A stretch of DNA of 60,137 bases, the filler included, from Hausera hauseri (lineage: Eukaryota): assembly GCA_046269625.1 (NCBI GenBank). It is 11 parts of 11 records of this genome, joined end to end, with 100 filler letters (N's around TTAATTAATTAA, not from the genome) between each part and the next. Parts side by side here need not be neighbours in the genome. Positions count along the whole stretch, not along the records: positions 1 to 7,501 come from JBJURY010011123.1; positions 7,602 to 11,834 come from JBJURY010685883.1; 9 more parts are not named here. The stretch is one strand, 5' to 3'. The notes under the pieces were generated by a model. The model did no database searches and was not told the DNA's origin. It worked only from the letters and a program-made list of their open reading frames with translations. Positions within the stretch are counted from its first letter, which is position 1. Every line of letters begins with the position of its first letter. Below are positions 1 through 11,934 of this stretch, in pieces. The translations under genes and the position numbers were made by a program.

Positions 1-360
1 TAATTTGTTTCTTCCATCCATCTTTCATGACTAATAGTTCATCCTCTATTTGGAATTGATCCGCGTATGTCCACAGTAAATGATTTTGTACTTCGACTGT
101 CGGAGGTTTATTATACACAAATGACTTAACAATTTTGCTGGTCCACTCAGTGTTACTGCATATTTTTATATCCAAAATACCTGCAACGCTCAAGATTTGT
201 AAAAATTTTACCTCTGTCTTTGTCATCTTTGCTTCCACATGTATAGTTTGGCATTGAGCATATAGAGCTCCCGCTTTCCGAGATACTCCGTCTTCTTTTG
301 TATGTTCACTGCCTCGACGAAATTGCAGCTGAAAATTGAAATCTTTAACCCATGACTGGA
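1..360 (-). pseudogene. Gypsy pol remnant (end of RNase H / linker to integrase)
   Basis: Minus-strand translation WVKDFNFQLQFRRGSEHTKEDGVSR resembles the Ty3/Gypsy 'YdF.i.yrpG..h.nADalSR' motif. Confidence 0.6.
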
Positions 361-505
361 ATTGTGCATTTAAAGGTTTTGTCGATTGACTCATGAACAA
401 TAATTGTTGCTGAATAATCCAACGATAGTGACAACAGTTTTATTTCAGTTCAAATGCAAAAAAAACATCGATAAATACAAATCAATTCTTTTTACAAAAT
501 TTCTT

Positions 506-528
506 TATATATATATATATATATATAT
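506..528. repeat. (TA)n microsatellite
   Basis: Direct reading of the sequence. Confidence 0.95.
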
Positions 529-924
529 CTACAATGTCCACGATCAAAGACAAATACAACTGTCTATATTCTTGCACTGCCTATTAAGAGAGAACATTAT
601 AACAATGTGAAGTAACGTAGATTTAGATTTGAGCCGAACTGGACTGTCTGTTAAAAGGAACATTGTAGACGTGCGAAATGACATGTAACCGCTAAATGAC
701 TGATCGATTTAAAGCCACTAAAATCCTCTCTCGAGCATATTCATTGGCAGAACACATTGCAAGGAGTATTGAAATCACTTGATCGTGCTGTCTCACTGCA
801 AGTCCAAATAGTCATTTGATTCAACGCATACTTACATAAACAAAAACGCTAAAGAAACAAAAACTGGAAAAGACTATAATACAAGTATACAAAATTGCTA
901 GAGTTACATCTACACGTAAAATTT

Positions 925-998
925 TTAAAAGCGTAGTCACATGGTGGGGAAAGTCCTCTCACCGGTACTCTAACCCCTCCAGTGCGACCACGCTTTAA
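925..998. mobile_element. Small MITE-like inverted-repeat element
   Basis: GCGTAGTCACATGGTGGGG ... CCCCTCCAGTGCGACCACGC imperfect terminal inverted repeats. Confidence 0.5.
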
Positions 999-1925
999 GC
1001 AATACATCACCCCCTCCCCCGTAGCAAGACGAAGAATATTAAGAGCGAAAATAAATCGAAATTATAGTAGGAAAAGAAGAGCTTGTACCTATTTGGTTTT
1101 GGTACGTGTTAGACTTTGGACTCCATCTATGAACTTCTCCCTGCTGTAAGTACTAAACGTCACATGACGTGATCTGTTAGATGTTACTGGTGCTTGTGGA
1201 GTTGTTTGAGGGAAAGATACTGTAGATTTTGCGGCGTTTTTGGAGGATGCTTCATGAAGAGGAGACAGTGAAGAATGAGCTGAAAAGGGAAAAGGATCAC
1301 GCACAGAAGACGAGACTGGAGATGGCAACGAATCGTGCGATGACGGTGAAATGAGTAATGGATGTGCAGGCGATGACGGAAAAGCCAATGTTGAAGAAGC
1401 ACTGGATGATGACGGAAGTGAAGAGAATTAATTGTGACGCGAGACTGAATGCTGCGAAAGATTAAAATCATCAAGGAAATTAGATGATGGCTCGAGGGTA
1501 GAGAAGTTAGAGTTGTGCTTTGAGACAATGATGTTATCCTGGTCATGGTCAACGAAGAAGGCTGGCTTAAGATTAGAGATGTGTACGTTGTGAGGTCTGT
1601 TCTGGCGTAAAATAGTGGCAGTGTGCGAAGAAAGGTTCAGTAATTTGTGAGTGCCAACGTATTTGGGCGGAAAACCAGAAGGTGACGGATCCTTCAGCTA
1701 TACAAACGTGGCTGAGTATAAGTCCTCTGGGATATAAGATTTGTCTTTATTTATAAGAGGACAGAAGGCATCTGAGTTGACATCAGCAAAGCGGGACTGT
1801 GCCGCACGAATAACTTCATCTGACGTACTTTCATAGAGATTGGAGAGCTCAAATAGTGCACGAACTAATATCCCAAAGAGAGCCTCAGCTAGAGCACAGC
1901 CTGTGGTGGTGGATGGCGTGTTGCG

Positions 1926-2588
1926 TCAACCGAGTAGGACAAGAGGAAGAATTAAGGTCCAGCTATGATTGTTGTTTGTCAGGATTTTTAAGGAAATATT
2001 TATGGTGCGATGAAATCTCTCGAAAAGACCATTTGCTTGGGGATGGTACGGCGTCGTATGGAGATAGGTTATTCCCAAGTGCATTACAAGAGATTTTAAA
2101 AGATCAGCTTCAAATTGTGGACCCTGGTCCGTTACTATGTGATGTGGTGAGCCAAAATTGCTGACCCATATCTTGATAAATGCACCTGCTACTGAATCGG
2201 TGTTGGTTGATCGAAGCGGAAAGGTTTCAGGCCAACGGGAAGCACGATCCATCATGGATAAGATATATTGATAACTATTGTCGGAAGGTAAAGGATCCAC
2301 AAGATTCAAATGCACGGTTTCAAAACGAAAAGTGCAAGCGAAGTGGTAAAGTAGAGGTTTGAGGTGTTTGTGGATTTTATATTTCTGACTTGTTACACAT
2401 CCCTTGACCCAGATCTGTACATTGTACGCATAGTTGGCGTTGCAATAGACGTATTGTGGCTTTTGAACCCGGATGATAAAGAGAGTGAAAGTGATTGAAA
2501 TCTGTCTTTTGTACCGATGGAGCAAGAATGACTTTCTTGTTGGTCGAGTTGAAAATGTCATAAGAGATGCCATAGATGATTTCAACAT
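1926..2588 (-). pseudogene. Gypsy integrase (Zn-binding region and DDE core)
   Basis: VHLNLVDPLP, DRASRWPE, IVTDQGPQF, TTPYHPQANGLFERFHR. Confidence 0.92.
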
Positions 2589-3363
2589 ATATAAAGGGTT
2601 GGAAAATATCAGATGATAGCTGATTGCTTCTCAGGACCTCAGAGGAAAAAATTGGCTGAACTGTAATTGAGTTAACCGACTGCCAAACAAAACCCGCTAC
2701 TAAATTTTCGGTGCCTGAACTATATTTCATGGGAAAACTAAACGTTGACAGGTATGATATCAGTCGTTCTTGTCTGGGTGAAGGCTGTTTCAAAGTCGTT
2801 ATGTGAAGTAGAGGCTTATTGTCGGTTTGGATGGTAAATTGACGTAAAAGAAGCAAGTACTTGAAATGCTTTACCGCTAGAACTACAGCCAAGAGTTCAG
2901 TATCGAATGTTGAGTGCCGGCTTTTCGGTTGCGTGAGCTTTGGGGAATAGAATTCCAATGGCTCGTCAACACCATTGTATATTTGGTGTAATATTGCACC
3001 CGTGGCTGTGGTTGAGGCATCGGTAGTTAATATCAGTTCCGCGTGTGGTTTTGGAAAAGCCAAGATTTCAGATGGTTTTAGACCTTCACGAAGGCGATCA
3101 AATTGATTTACTAGATCGGGAGTCCAATGGATTAATTGTCCTTTCTTTCCGGATGAGATGTGTGCGAAAGATGCCGTTAGGTCAGAGCAATGTGGCACGT
3201 ATTTGTGTACGAAATGCAATGTCCCTAGAAAACTCCTCATGTCGGTAGTTGTAGTTGGCAACGTCACATTTTTTAATTGTTGTAAGCGATCAGGCTGGGG
3301 CGAATGCCTTCGGGAGTAATTATGTGGCCTAAGAAGTTGATGCGCTTCTGGACGAAATTGCAT
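2377..3363 (-). pseudogene. Gypsy RT thumb / RNase H
   Basis: MRSFLG, LTTDASTTATGAILHQ, STFDTELLAV, TDNKPL. Confidence 0.92.
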
Positions 3364-3899
3364 TTGGCGAAATTACTTTGCAGGTTGCTTTGATGCAATC
3401 TGTAGAAAATAATTCTAAGGTGCTCATGATATTGTTTGATGGAGCTGGAAGCGACTAATATGTCATCTATGTATGGGTGAGTAAAATCAAGACCAGAAAG
3501 AGCAGTGTCAATGTGGCGCTGAAAGGTTTGTCATGGGCTACTAAGGCCGAAAGGCATGAAGATGTACTCGTAAAGACCAAATGGTGTGATGACAGAAGTT
3601 TTTGGAATGTCATCTGGGGCAACAGGAATTTGATGGTCGGCTTTGTGCACATCAATGGTAGAATAAGTATTGGTGTTGTTGAGGCTATGAAGAATATCTT
3701 TAATGAGTGGAAGTAGATATGCATCTGTAATAGTTAGATTGTTTAATTGTCGATAGTCGCCACATGGCCTACAGGTACCATCTTTCTTTACCACTACATG
3801 AAGAGGAGAAGCCGACGGTGAATTCGATCTCCGAATGATGCCAGACCTTTCGAGTTTATTAAATTCCTGTTCTACAGCTTTACGTCTGCGTGGCGACAA
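3364..3899 (-). pseudogene. Gypsy reverse transcriptase
   Basis: SPLHVVVKKDG, RPCGDYRQLN, MPFGL; YIDD encoded near 3461-3472. Confidence 0.93.
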
Positions 3900-4213
3900 G
3901 GGTCTGACCTTTTGTTTGATCGACCTCTGATGCTATGTTACTATGTGATGATAAGTTGTGGATGGAGGCTTGAAGTTGTCGTCCCTTTTAACTATGCAAA
4001 AGAAACACGTTGCGACGTATGATTTAAGATTGGAGTCTACAGACAAGAATGAATGAGGCAGATTATTAGAGAGATCAGCTCCAATGATTGATGAAAATCA
4101 ACTGGCATCGCTACTGTTGACGTATAATTTGGATTTTTGTTTTAGAATAAATTTATGATTGTCGTTCATAATTGAAATATTACCGACTTTATCGGAAGTT
4201 TTTTTATAGATGA

Positions 4214-4702
4214 CTAAGCGTTCAACATATTCACAGATGAGTATAATGAATTGCTTGCTAAATTGTCTACGAGACACATGTTTGGAGTTGCAATCGAGTT
4301 CCTGCTTAAAAGACAGCCGTATTTGCAATAGACCAATAGATCATGTGCGGCAAGGAAATCTGAGCCTATTATGGGAGATTTAATTTTGGCCACGTGGAAC
4401 TTCCAGATAAACTTATCTGGCAAGTTGGTGAATGTGAAATTCAATTCTGTGATTCATGCAACGTGCAACGGTTGACCCCTGGCAGTGAAAAGCGATGGAC
4501 AGAAAATCATAGTCGATGTAGTAACGAAGGACAATGGAAGGAGTGAAAATGCAGCTCCTGAGTCTATAAGGAGGTCGATATGTGAAGTATCTCTGCATAA
4601 CAGTACAGCTTTCAACAGAATGACTGCAGAGGCGGTGTTCAAACGGCCAGACGATTGAGCGATATTGCCTGCGCCAGAATGTGCCGTAAAATCTGGCGGC
4701 AT
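4214..4702 (-). pseudogene. Gypsy aspartic protease
   Basis: LLIDSGAAFSLLP and PIIGSDFL motifs. Confidence 0.9.
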
Positions 4703-4704
4703 TA

Positions 4705-5740
4705 TTAGTTTTTTGAAAGTTTTGGAGAAAAGGAAGAAAAAGAAAAGCGAGCAGATTTATCGTTGTAATGTTTACAACCAAGCACGCATGATCTAGCCTG
4801 TAACTGGAACTTATTATGGTAGACACAAATAGGATTGCCCACAGCGTACGGTTCACTGTAGAACCGACAACCCAAAAAGCATTTCCTAGGAACCCTTTGA
4901 AATCGCGTGTGATAGAAGCAAGTCATGCGTCCGCGAGGTGTAATGGATCGAGTAGAGTATCTGGAAATGCTTCTCTTCCTTGAATGTCTGGTTTCACTTC
5001 GTCGAGGCCCAGTAAAATTATTTAGTTGGATAGTAATGGGCGAAATCGACTGCTGTAACGTGTCAAACTGTTGTTGCATCATTTGCAATTGTTTAGTAAA
5101 AATGTTGTGTCTGTAGTTGGAGCACATGTGGTTGCAGCCGCAGTAGGGAGAGAACTGTTGGTATGAAGAATCTCAAAAATTTGTCAGCCATTATTGCCAG
5201 TATTTCGACAGCAGTGGATTCGTCCAGAACGGTTAGTAAGGTTCTGATTGAGGTGGGAAACGATGGCAAAAAATAACGGCGAATTAGATCCGCGTTATTC
5301 GTAGGTCTCACTCCTAGAGCGCTAAGCTGAAGAATGGCCGTTTGGAGAAAGTCAGGAGGCTTTTAACTTCCTATCGCATGGTCGCTAAAATACTTTTGAA
5401 TTATACTGTCAATCGAAGGATCCATGACATGCAATACAGCTTCACAGAGTGTCTTGTAAGATGTTGAGGATTGTAGCAGTTCGGAGATATTATTAATCTG
5501 CGGCTTGACGTTTGGAGACAGAAGAAATAACAGACTATTGGCTTACACAAAAAATCAGTGATATTGTTCGATTTTAGCCACTTTTGGTGGAATTGGAGCC
5601 ATGGTTTGCTGGAGTTGTTTTTGTCAAGGAGAAATTCTACACAAGGTAAATGTAACAAACCTCGTGACAGTTGGGAGTGTGGCAAACAATAGATGTTACT
5701 TGTATTTGTGGATTTATCATCCGACAAGAATGGATTGGGA
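4705..5740 (-). pseudogene. Gypsy Gag (capsid plus C-x2-H-rich nucleocapsid repeats)
   Basis: PW.QFHQ..L..NNITD start, ILAIMADK, two CFYHTRF/CVYHNKF...C..GC motifs directly upstream of the protease. Confidence 0.8.
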
Positions 5741-5745
5741 TCCGA

Positions 5746-5985
5746 TTCACCCCGGAGGTGAAAATGGAACATGAGATAGGTGTCTGGACGTTTCTAGAAT
5801 ACGAAAGACAAGAGAAAGTCTGAAAAATGTATTATAAGCCCTTGATATGTGAAATAAAAATTAGAAGTGTTGTATGATGAGGACAGAGCGTTATATAAGA
5901 GCTGTGCTGTATCGTTGAGTGGAGATCTTATGGTTTTTACATGTTGATTATTTCTGAAAACCAGGAAAGAAAATTGTGATGAGGT
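5746..5985 (-). pseudogene. Ubiquitin-like domain in frame with Gag N-terminus
   Basis: FSFLVFRNNQHVKTIRSPLNDTAQLLYNAL...NFYFTYQGLII..SDFLLS...PDTYLMFHFHLRGE, with one internal stop at 5794-5796; pattern parallels ubiquitin. Confidence 0.6.
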
Positions 5986-7501
5986 GATCCCAGGGGAACG
6001 ATGAAATACACGGAGGGCTTGAGTGGTTACCTTTTGGGTTATGAAGCAGTTTGAGCGTATAGCCGGGAAAGTAGTGGCAAGTATTGATTGTGATGAAATA
6101 ATATCCAAGGTTTTTGAGCTTAAAAGGTTTTCAAAATTGAGATTGGTGTTGGCCATCAAAGATTTGTGAGAGCACAAAAAATGGCCGCACTGGTGGGCGC
6201 AAACAAGTGAAAGAAACTTCACTCACCTGTGTCCGAATGTGGTTCCGCTGAACGCAGTGACAGCATCTTCATTGTGACCAAACATCGACGGTGTGCTTGC
6301 AACATGGAATGATTGCGCTAAACTGAAATCGTTACCGTGTGAACTGATCTGTCTCTGCGGTAAGAGGATATCAGTGTTGTCAATGTCGGAAGATATTGGT
6401 GGACCCAGGCCTTTCTGAGATTGTCCAGCGCTAGTCATTCTGCCTTGAACGTAAACAACTGGCGTAGGTCTTTTACACATAGCTTCTGTGCTTAATTCGT
6501 GTATAATTCGAATAAGACTTAGTGACATAAGTTTCAGTAGATCAAAAGATGTAGGACAAATTTCGATAAGCTGATTAATATACGCGGCTTGAAGCATCAA
6601 CAATGGTCGAGCAATCATTTCTAAAATTGGTTTTATAATACCGAAAACTCGAGAATCTAGCAGAACTGTAGCATTGTCTGAGGTTTTATCAATGATTTAA
6701 GCCATGCTTCATTTAGCTGTTCAAAATACACCATAATTAATTCCTCTTGGTACTGATCGTTTTCAATATCCGTCAAAATTTGCGAGACTTGCTCGTAGAA
6801 CGTCACAATTAGGGACTAATTGAGGTTCGTTAGTCGAGAATTGATATTTGTAAAGTTCCATAAATGTTGCTTTCTTAGTCTTATGCCTCTGATGTTGGTT
6901 CATGGCTACGAGCATCAGAGGCTGTATATGTACACCTATTTCCCTGATTTCCAAACCCCCATCAAACGCAGGACATATGGGTGAGTTTCGGTGAGTAAGA
7001 GGTATAACGATGTGTTCTTTCGATAAAAATTATTGAACTATGTCCGGAAGCTTATGACACGAAGATTTTGAATAATCACACACATAAGACATGTTAAACC
7101 ATGGTTAGTTCTTTGGTGAAGGATGCGAGCTTTTACTGTCGGACTCATTAAATAATCCAAGTTTTTCAGTCGTTATAGGACTACTATTCTTAGTAGTTTC
7201 GGGAGTAGGACATGCACTCAGTTGAAATGATATAATCTAATCATTCGTGCTGTTGGTTAGTGAATTTGTTGTTAATTCGCCCTTAATACTTGGTGAAACA
7301 TTTTTGTCACTGTCCATTTTTGACTTTGTTATTCGATAGTAATGATAAAATGGCGGTTCAACCGCAGGGCAACCTCTTTATAGACTTTACTCAACAAAGC
7401 CATGATGAATACCGACTTAAAGCGAACATATTCCATCCTAAATGCATAACCATCTATAAACAAAAGAAAAATAATGTATGTATGCAATCATGAATTTTCG
7501 C

Positions 7502-7601
7502 NNNNNNNNNNNNNNNNNNNNNNNNNNNNNNNNNNNNNNNNNNNNTTAATTAATTAANNNNNNNNNNNNNNNNNNNNNNNNNNNNNNNNNNNNNNNNNNN
7601 N
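7502..7601. other. Artificial contig spacer N44-TTAATTAATTAA-N44 (also at 11835, 16545, 25402, 29692, 34198, 38563, 46167, 51331, 55632)
   Basis: Identical 100-nt spacer with stops in all six frames, 10 occurrences. Confidence 0.99.
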
Positions 7602-8683
7602 TTCGGCCTTGGGCCCGTGTCCTTGTCACACTGAGTTAAGATTTTTTGGAACTTCGTGCTATATTTTATTTGTCTGTACACAAATTTCATCATATTTGGC
7701 CACCATGACGCCATGTGTAATCTTTATCACGTTGATTGCATTCCGGAATGATTGTCTGTATGAGCCAGATAAAATATTTTATTCCTCAGTCTGGCCGATA
7801 TCATTAACTTGGTACCATTATACAAGAAGTGATTTTTGATGGTTAACTTTCCCGCGATCATCTTGTAGGGTCATTCCGCCTGATAACACTTATCCCATTT
7901 TTCTTGACAAGTACGGTTGATTATGCTTTTTAGAATTTTGTGTCTGCAATTCCTCTTGAACTTCCTTCCCATCTAAGGCGGAACGTTGCAAGTTGACCGA
8001 GTCTGCTTAAAGTAACATCAATGTTCTCTCCTCTTCTGAATTCTCGTTTACTTTTTTCGATATTTTAATTGTGACAATGCATCCACAAGAGGTTTGGATT
8101 TTTCTGGCACGTAAGATATGTCAAAGTCGTATGCCATGAATTTAAGACGCCATTTGCATAGTTTTGGTGATATATCCATAGTAGTTTCTGATACTCTTGA
8201 AGATAAATGTTGTAGCGGTTTATGATCAGTTAGGATTACGAATTATTTCCCCTGTAAGAATTGTTTAAGGCGTAAGATTCACCAGGTAAGAGCTATTGCT
8301 TCACGCTCTATTTTCGAATAGTTCCTTTCTGCTTTTGATAACACCTTCGATACAAATATGACTGGATGGTTTTCTTGTGACATTACTGAGCTATGAAGTC
8401 CGCGGATGCATCGGTTGTCATTGTAGTCATTTTCTGAAGATCGTATGGTTTCACTAACGGTCTGTTCGATATTATCTTCTCTAGATTGCCAAATTCCTTA
8501 TCGCATTCTTAGGCCCACTTAAAAACTTCCTTAGTTTTTTGAAACTTAGCGTTTTAGTTAGAAATTTAGAATATTCCTCCCGAAGTACTTGACTAACCCC
8601 AAAAAGCTTTCTATTTCCTTTTTGTTGGCTGGTTCTTTAATATCTGTGACTTTTGATATTATGGAATCGTCTGGTTCAATTCC

Positions 8684-9220
8684 TCAATGTGATACTTTAA
8701 ATCCAAGAAATCTGATTTCCTCCGAATATTCAACGCATTTCTCTTCATTTGTGGTTATGTGCTTTTCTTTCATTCGCGTTCCAACTTCTATCAGCCGCTT
8801 CTTTAATGACTCACCCTTCTCTGCGAATACCAGGACATCATCTTTGAATATAAGTAAGCCTTTCAAATCTGCCATTATCGTTTCTATTGGACGTTGTAAT
8901 ATTGCTGCAGCATTTTTCATTCCCATTTGGAGACGATTAATTTTGTATAATCCCTTTGATGTATTGATGATTGAGAGTTCCTTTGATGGTTCGTCTAGTT
9001 CTGTTTGCCAGTATACTGAGGTTAGATCTATACGGGCAAACTTTCTTTCATTTTTTAATTTTGCAAAGATTGTTTCTGAGTTGGGCAATAGGTAAAATAC
9101 AGTCTTTATTTTGTCATTCATGTGTACTTTGATGTCCACGCACATTCGTATGTCCCCATTGCTTTTCCTTGCCCATACTACTGGTGAACAGTTAGCTGCC
9201 TCTCCTTCATGCTTTGACAA
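8684..9220 (-). pseudogene. Reverse transcriptase
   Basis: RT motifs IDLTSVYWQ, RLQMGM, FKDDVLV, RFLG. Confidence 0.92.
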
Positions 9221-9395
9221 GACTCCTAGGTTTTCTAGTCCATGTAACGCGTTGTTGATTGCCTCTTGATATACCAGCGGAATGTTTCTTGCTTTGAAGA
9301 ACTTATCCTTAGATCCTGGTTACAGTTCGATAGAGGCTTTAACTCCTTTAATTGCTGCGAGATATCTGACCCACCTGGTTGCATAATAGCGGTTC

Positions 9396-10511
9396 CTATA
9401 TTTTAAGGTAATCTCTTCCCAGCAATCCAAAATCTCGCTTTGCCTCCACGACTATTATTTCGATAACTTCCCGTTTATTCTTACTTTCTAGAGTTGTTTT
9501 GAATTTTTCCAAAGTTGTGAAAGTGTGCCCATTGTACGCTTTTAATTTCTTGTTAGTGGGTATAAGTTTTGGTTCATTCAGTTTTTTACAGATTTCTGAT
9601 GATATTATTGAAACAGCGTCTCCTGTATCGTGCTGCATAATAATCTGAATGTCATTAATCTTGTATTTTTGACCAATACTTTCTTCTGAGTGAACTATGA
9701 CGAGAGTCGCTATATCTTCAAGCACGTTTACATTTTCCAGATCTTCAGAAACAAAGTGGGTTGGTTTCACTGCTTTTAGACATGCATCCAAGAAGTGGTG
9801 GCGCCCATTGCAGCTCCGACATATTTTGCCGAAAGCTGGAGAATTTCCTTTTTTGTGCCTACGGCAACAGTATATGCATACGTTTCTGTCGTTCGATTGA
9901 TGTTGGGTTGAAAATTTCACTGCACTTATCTTTTGCATTCTTGCTTCTCTTTGGGATGCAAATTGGTCGATAAGGCAATATGTTTGAAATTTTTCGAATA
10001 CGTCATCAACCGATAATTCCTTGCTATTTGATTCTATTAAATCCGCACTGTAGCACTTGCATCTTGAATCATGTAGTCCCGAAATTAATCCCATTTTGAT
10101 CATTTCGGGTTCTGGACTGGCTGCCTTCTTCAAGTCATTAAATTGACAATTCTTTGCCGTATTTTTCAATCGACAATAAAAGTCCACTAAGCTCTCAGTT
10201 TCGTTCTGATGAATTGAATGGAATTTGATTCTTTCAGCGATGACCAAGCGCTTGCTCGGTAGAAGAATCGTTACAATTTTCGCTTCTATTTCTGTGAACG
10301 ATAAGTTATCCAGAGTATCAGGAGCAAAGAACTTTGCCAGTTTTGTAAATGTGTCGATGCCACATGTTGCAATGAACGCGGTAGTTATTTGTAACTTTCC
10401 GTGCTCGTCTGTCCATCCGTTGCATTTAGTGCAGACCTTGAAAGCTCCTAACCATGCTTTCGCTCAATTGATGCCAGGTTCTAACGGTTCTCGAATTTCT
10501 AGTGACGCCAT
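9396..10511 (-). pseudogene. Gag-protease of Mag-like Gypsy
   Basis: ATG at 10511 overlaps the PBS; ORF 9396-10247 plus an upstream in-frame part with one stop. Confidence 0.85.
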
Positions 10512-10648
10512 TGTTATGTGTCCAAACATCTGCAATAATTAGAATTAGATCAGACGCAGGAAAAACATTTATTTAAACAAAATAATTTTATAATACATTT
10601 ATACTTTCCGTATTGAGTATTAATAACTTTTAAATACTTTGCATAACA
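10512..10648 (-). repeat. Short 5' LTR (137 bp)
   Basis: TGTTATG...CATAACA inverted termini, followed on the minus strand by A-TGGCGTCACT (PBS-like). Confidence 0.8.
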
Positions 10649-11934
10649 TCAAATTATTACATTGTTATCTACATTGACTGAATTTTAATTTTTAAACAAA
10701 TTTAATGAATCGACTGTAATTTAAAGTAGTTGCATCGAACATTGAAATTAAAGTAGAGCAATTTAAATCTTTTTATTAATTTATAATTTTAAACTTTCCC
10801 CTTTGAGCCTAGTTCTTCAGTTATGAAAACATCCAAGTAAACTAATGACACATTCCTTATTTCTATAATATCTTCAATAAAATCGTGTTATACTGCATTA
10901 TGTAGTTTTTAAAAAGCTTCCCATTATAGTTTCTCATTTAATTATATTGTGATTTGTATTATTATATCCTTATCTGTTTCTCCGGTTGTTTGACTCTGTT
11001 GTCAATACATCTGACTATATTTGTCCAACAGAAAAATTTTGTAAAAATAAAATTAGTTTTAATTCCATTTTCGAATTGCTGTGTTTGTTAGAATTCAGTA
11101 ACTAACACCGAGTTCATTAATAATCGTTTCAATAAAAAACCAAGAATAATATCCACGTTTGTAAATGATGTGAAAAGTCAACTGAACATGTCCATTTGTA
11201 ATTGATTTGGCAACGGATCAGTCTAATATCATCTATAACCGCATAGGTTTTACTCCACCAACAAATATTTGAAACAGTGAAGGATATTGATTTTCAAATT
11301 CAGGTGCTCATAAATCATTTACTTTGTGGTTAGTTTCACGTGGATGATTTCACGCTGACAGTTTAGCGCTGATGATTGATAGATATTGACGACTAAAAGT
11401 ACCCATATAAACTTTTCGAACATTTTTGAATTCAATATTGTTATGAAATATGATATGAAAATATTACAATTTAACTTGCTACTAACGATTCGTGAATTAA
11501 TTGATAAATGATTAATAACTCTAACCATTTAAGGATTCCATTAATGAAATTAATATTAAAGGTCAATTATGTGATAAACAGTGATTATTTTCAGATAATA
11601 TTTTAGTCTATATTAAACGATTAGTTTTTAAATTTTCTTCTTTCAATTTACTTGCAACATGCTGAAGTAATGGATAATAAATTGCATCAGAAGTACAATT
11701 TCGGTATTTTAGAATTTCGTAACAATATCGTCTCAAATCTAATCTGCTATGTTATTTTAATGGTGAATGTGTAAGCAAACCAGTCAAAACAAATGCGTTT
11801 TTAAAATTTATTTCGCGTTGCTCCGACTGCTTATNNNNNNNNNNNNNNNNNNNNNNNNNNNNNNNNNNNNNNNNNNNNTTAATTAATTAANNNNNNNNNN
11901 NNNNNNNNNNNNNNNNNNNNNNNNNNNNNNNNNN

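Larger units (their letters stand above)
1006..6954 (-). mobile_element. Degenerate Ty3/Gypsy LTR retrotransposon with extended 5' ORF
   Basis: Gag-PR-RT-RH-IN order on the minus strand; polypurine tract GGGGGAGGGGG at 1010-1020 followed by TGATGT; many stops and frameshifts. Confidence 0.93.
7602..10648 (-). mobile_element. Degenerate Gypsy element (Mag/K02A2.6-like), 5' LTR through start of integrase
   Basis: Gag VIAERIKFH..Q...ESL.DF..RL, CCHC-like CRSCNGRHH, protease HDTG, RT SPVVWARKSNGDIRMCVD / FKDD, RNase H TTDAS...EREAIA. Confidence 0.92.

Noticed and set aside
1089-1552. Ser/Pro-rich ORFs as separate genes
   Set aside because: Low-complexity tail of the Gypsy pol region before the PPT
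8589-9095. Plus-strand 168-aa ORF (and similar ORFs at 1856, 12828, 17112, 22935)
   Set aside because: Antisense shadows of TE coding regions, with no independent motifs
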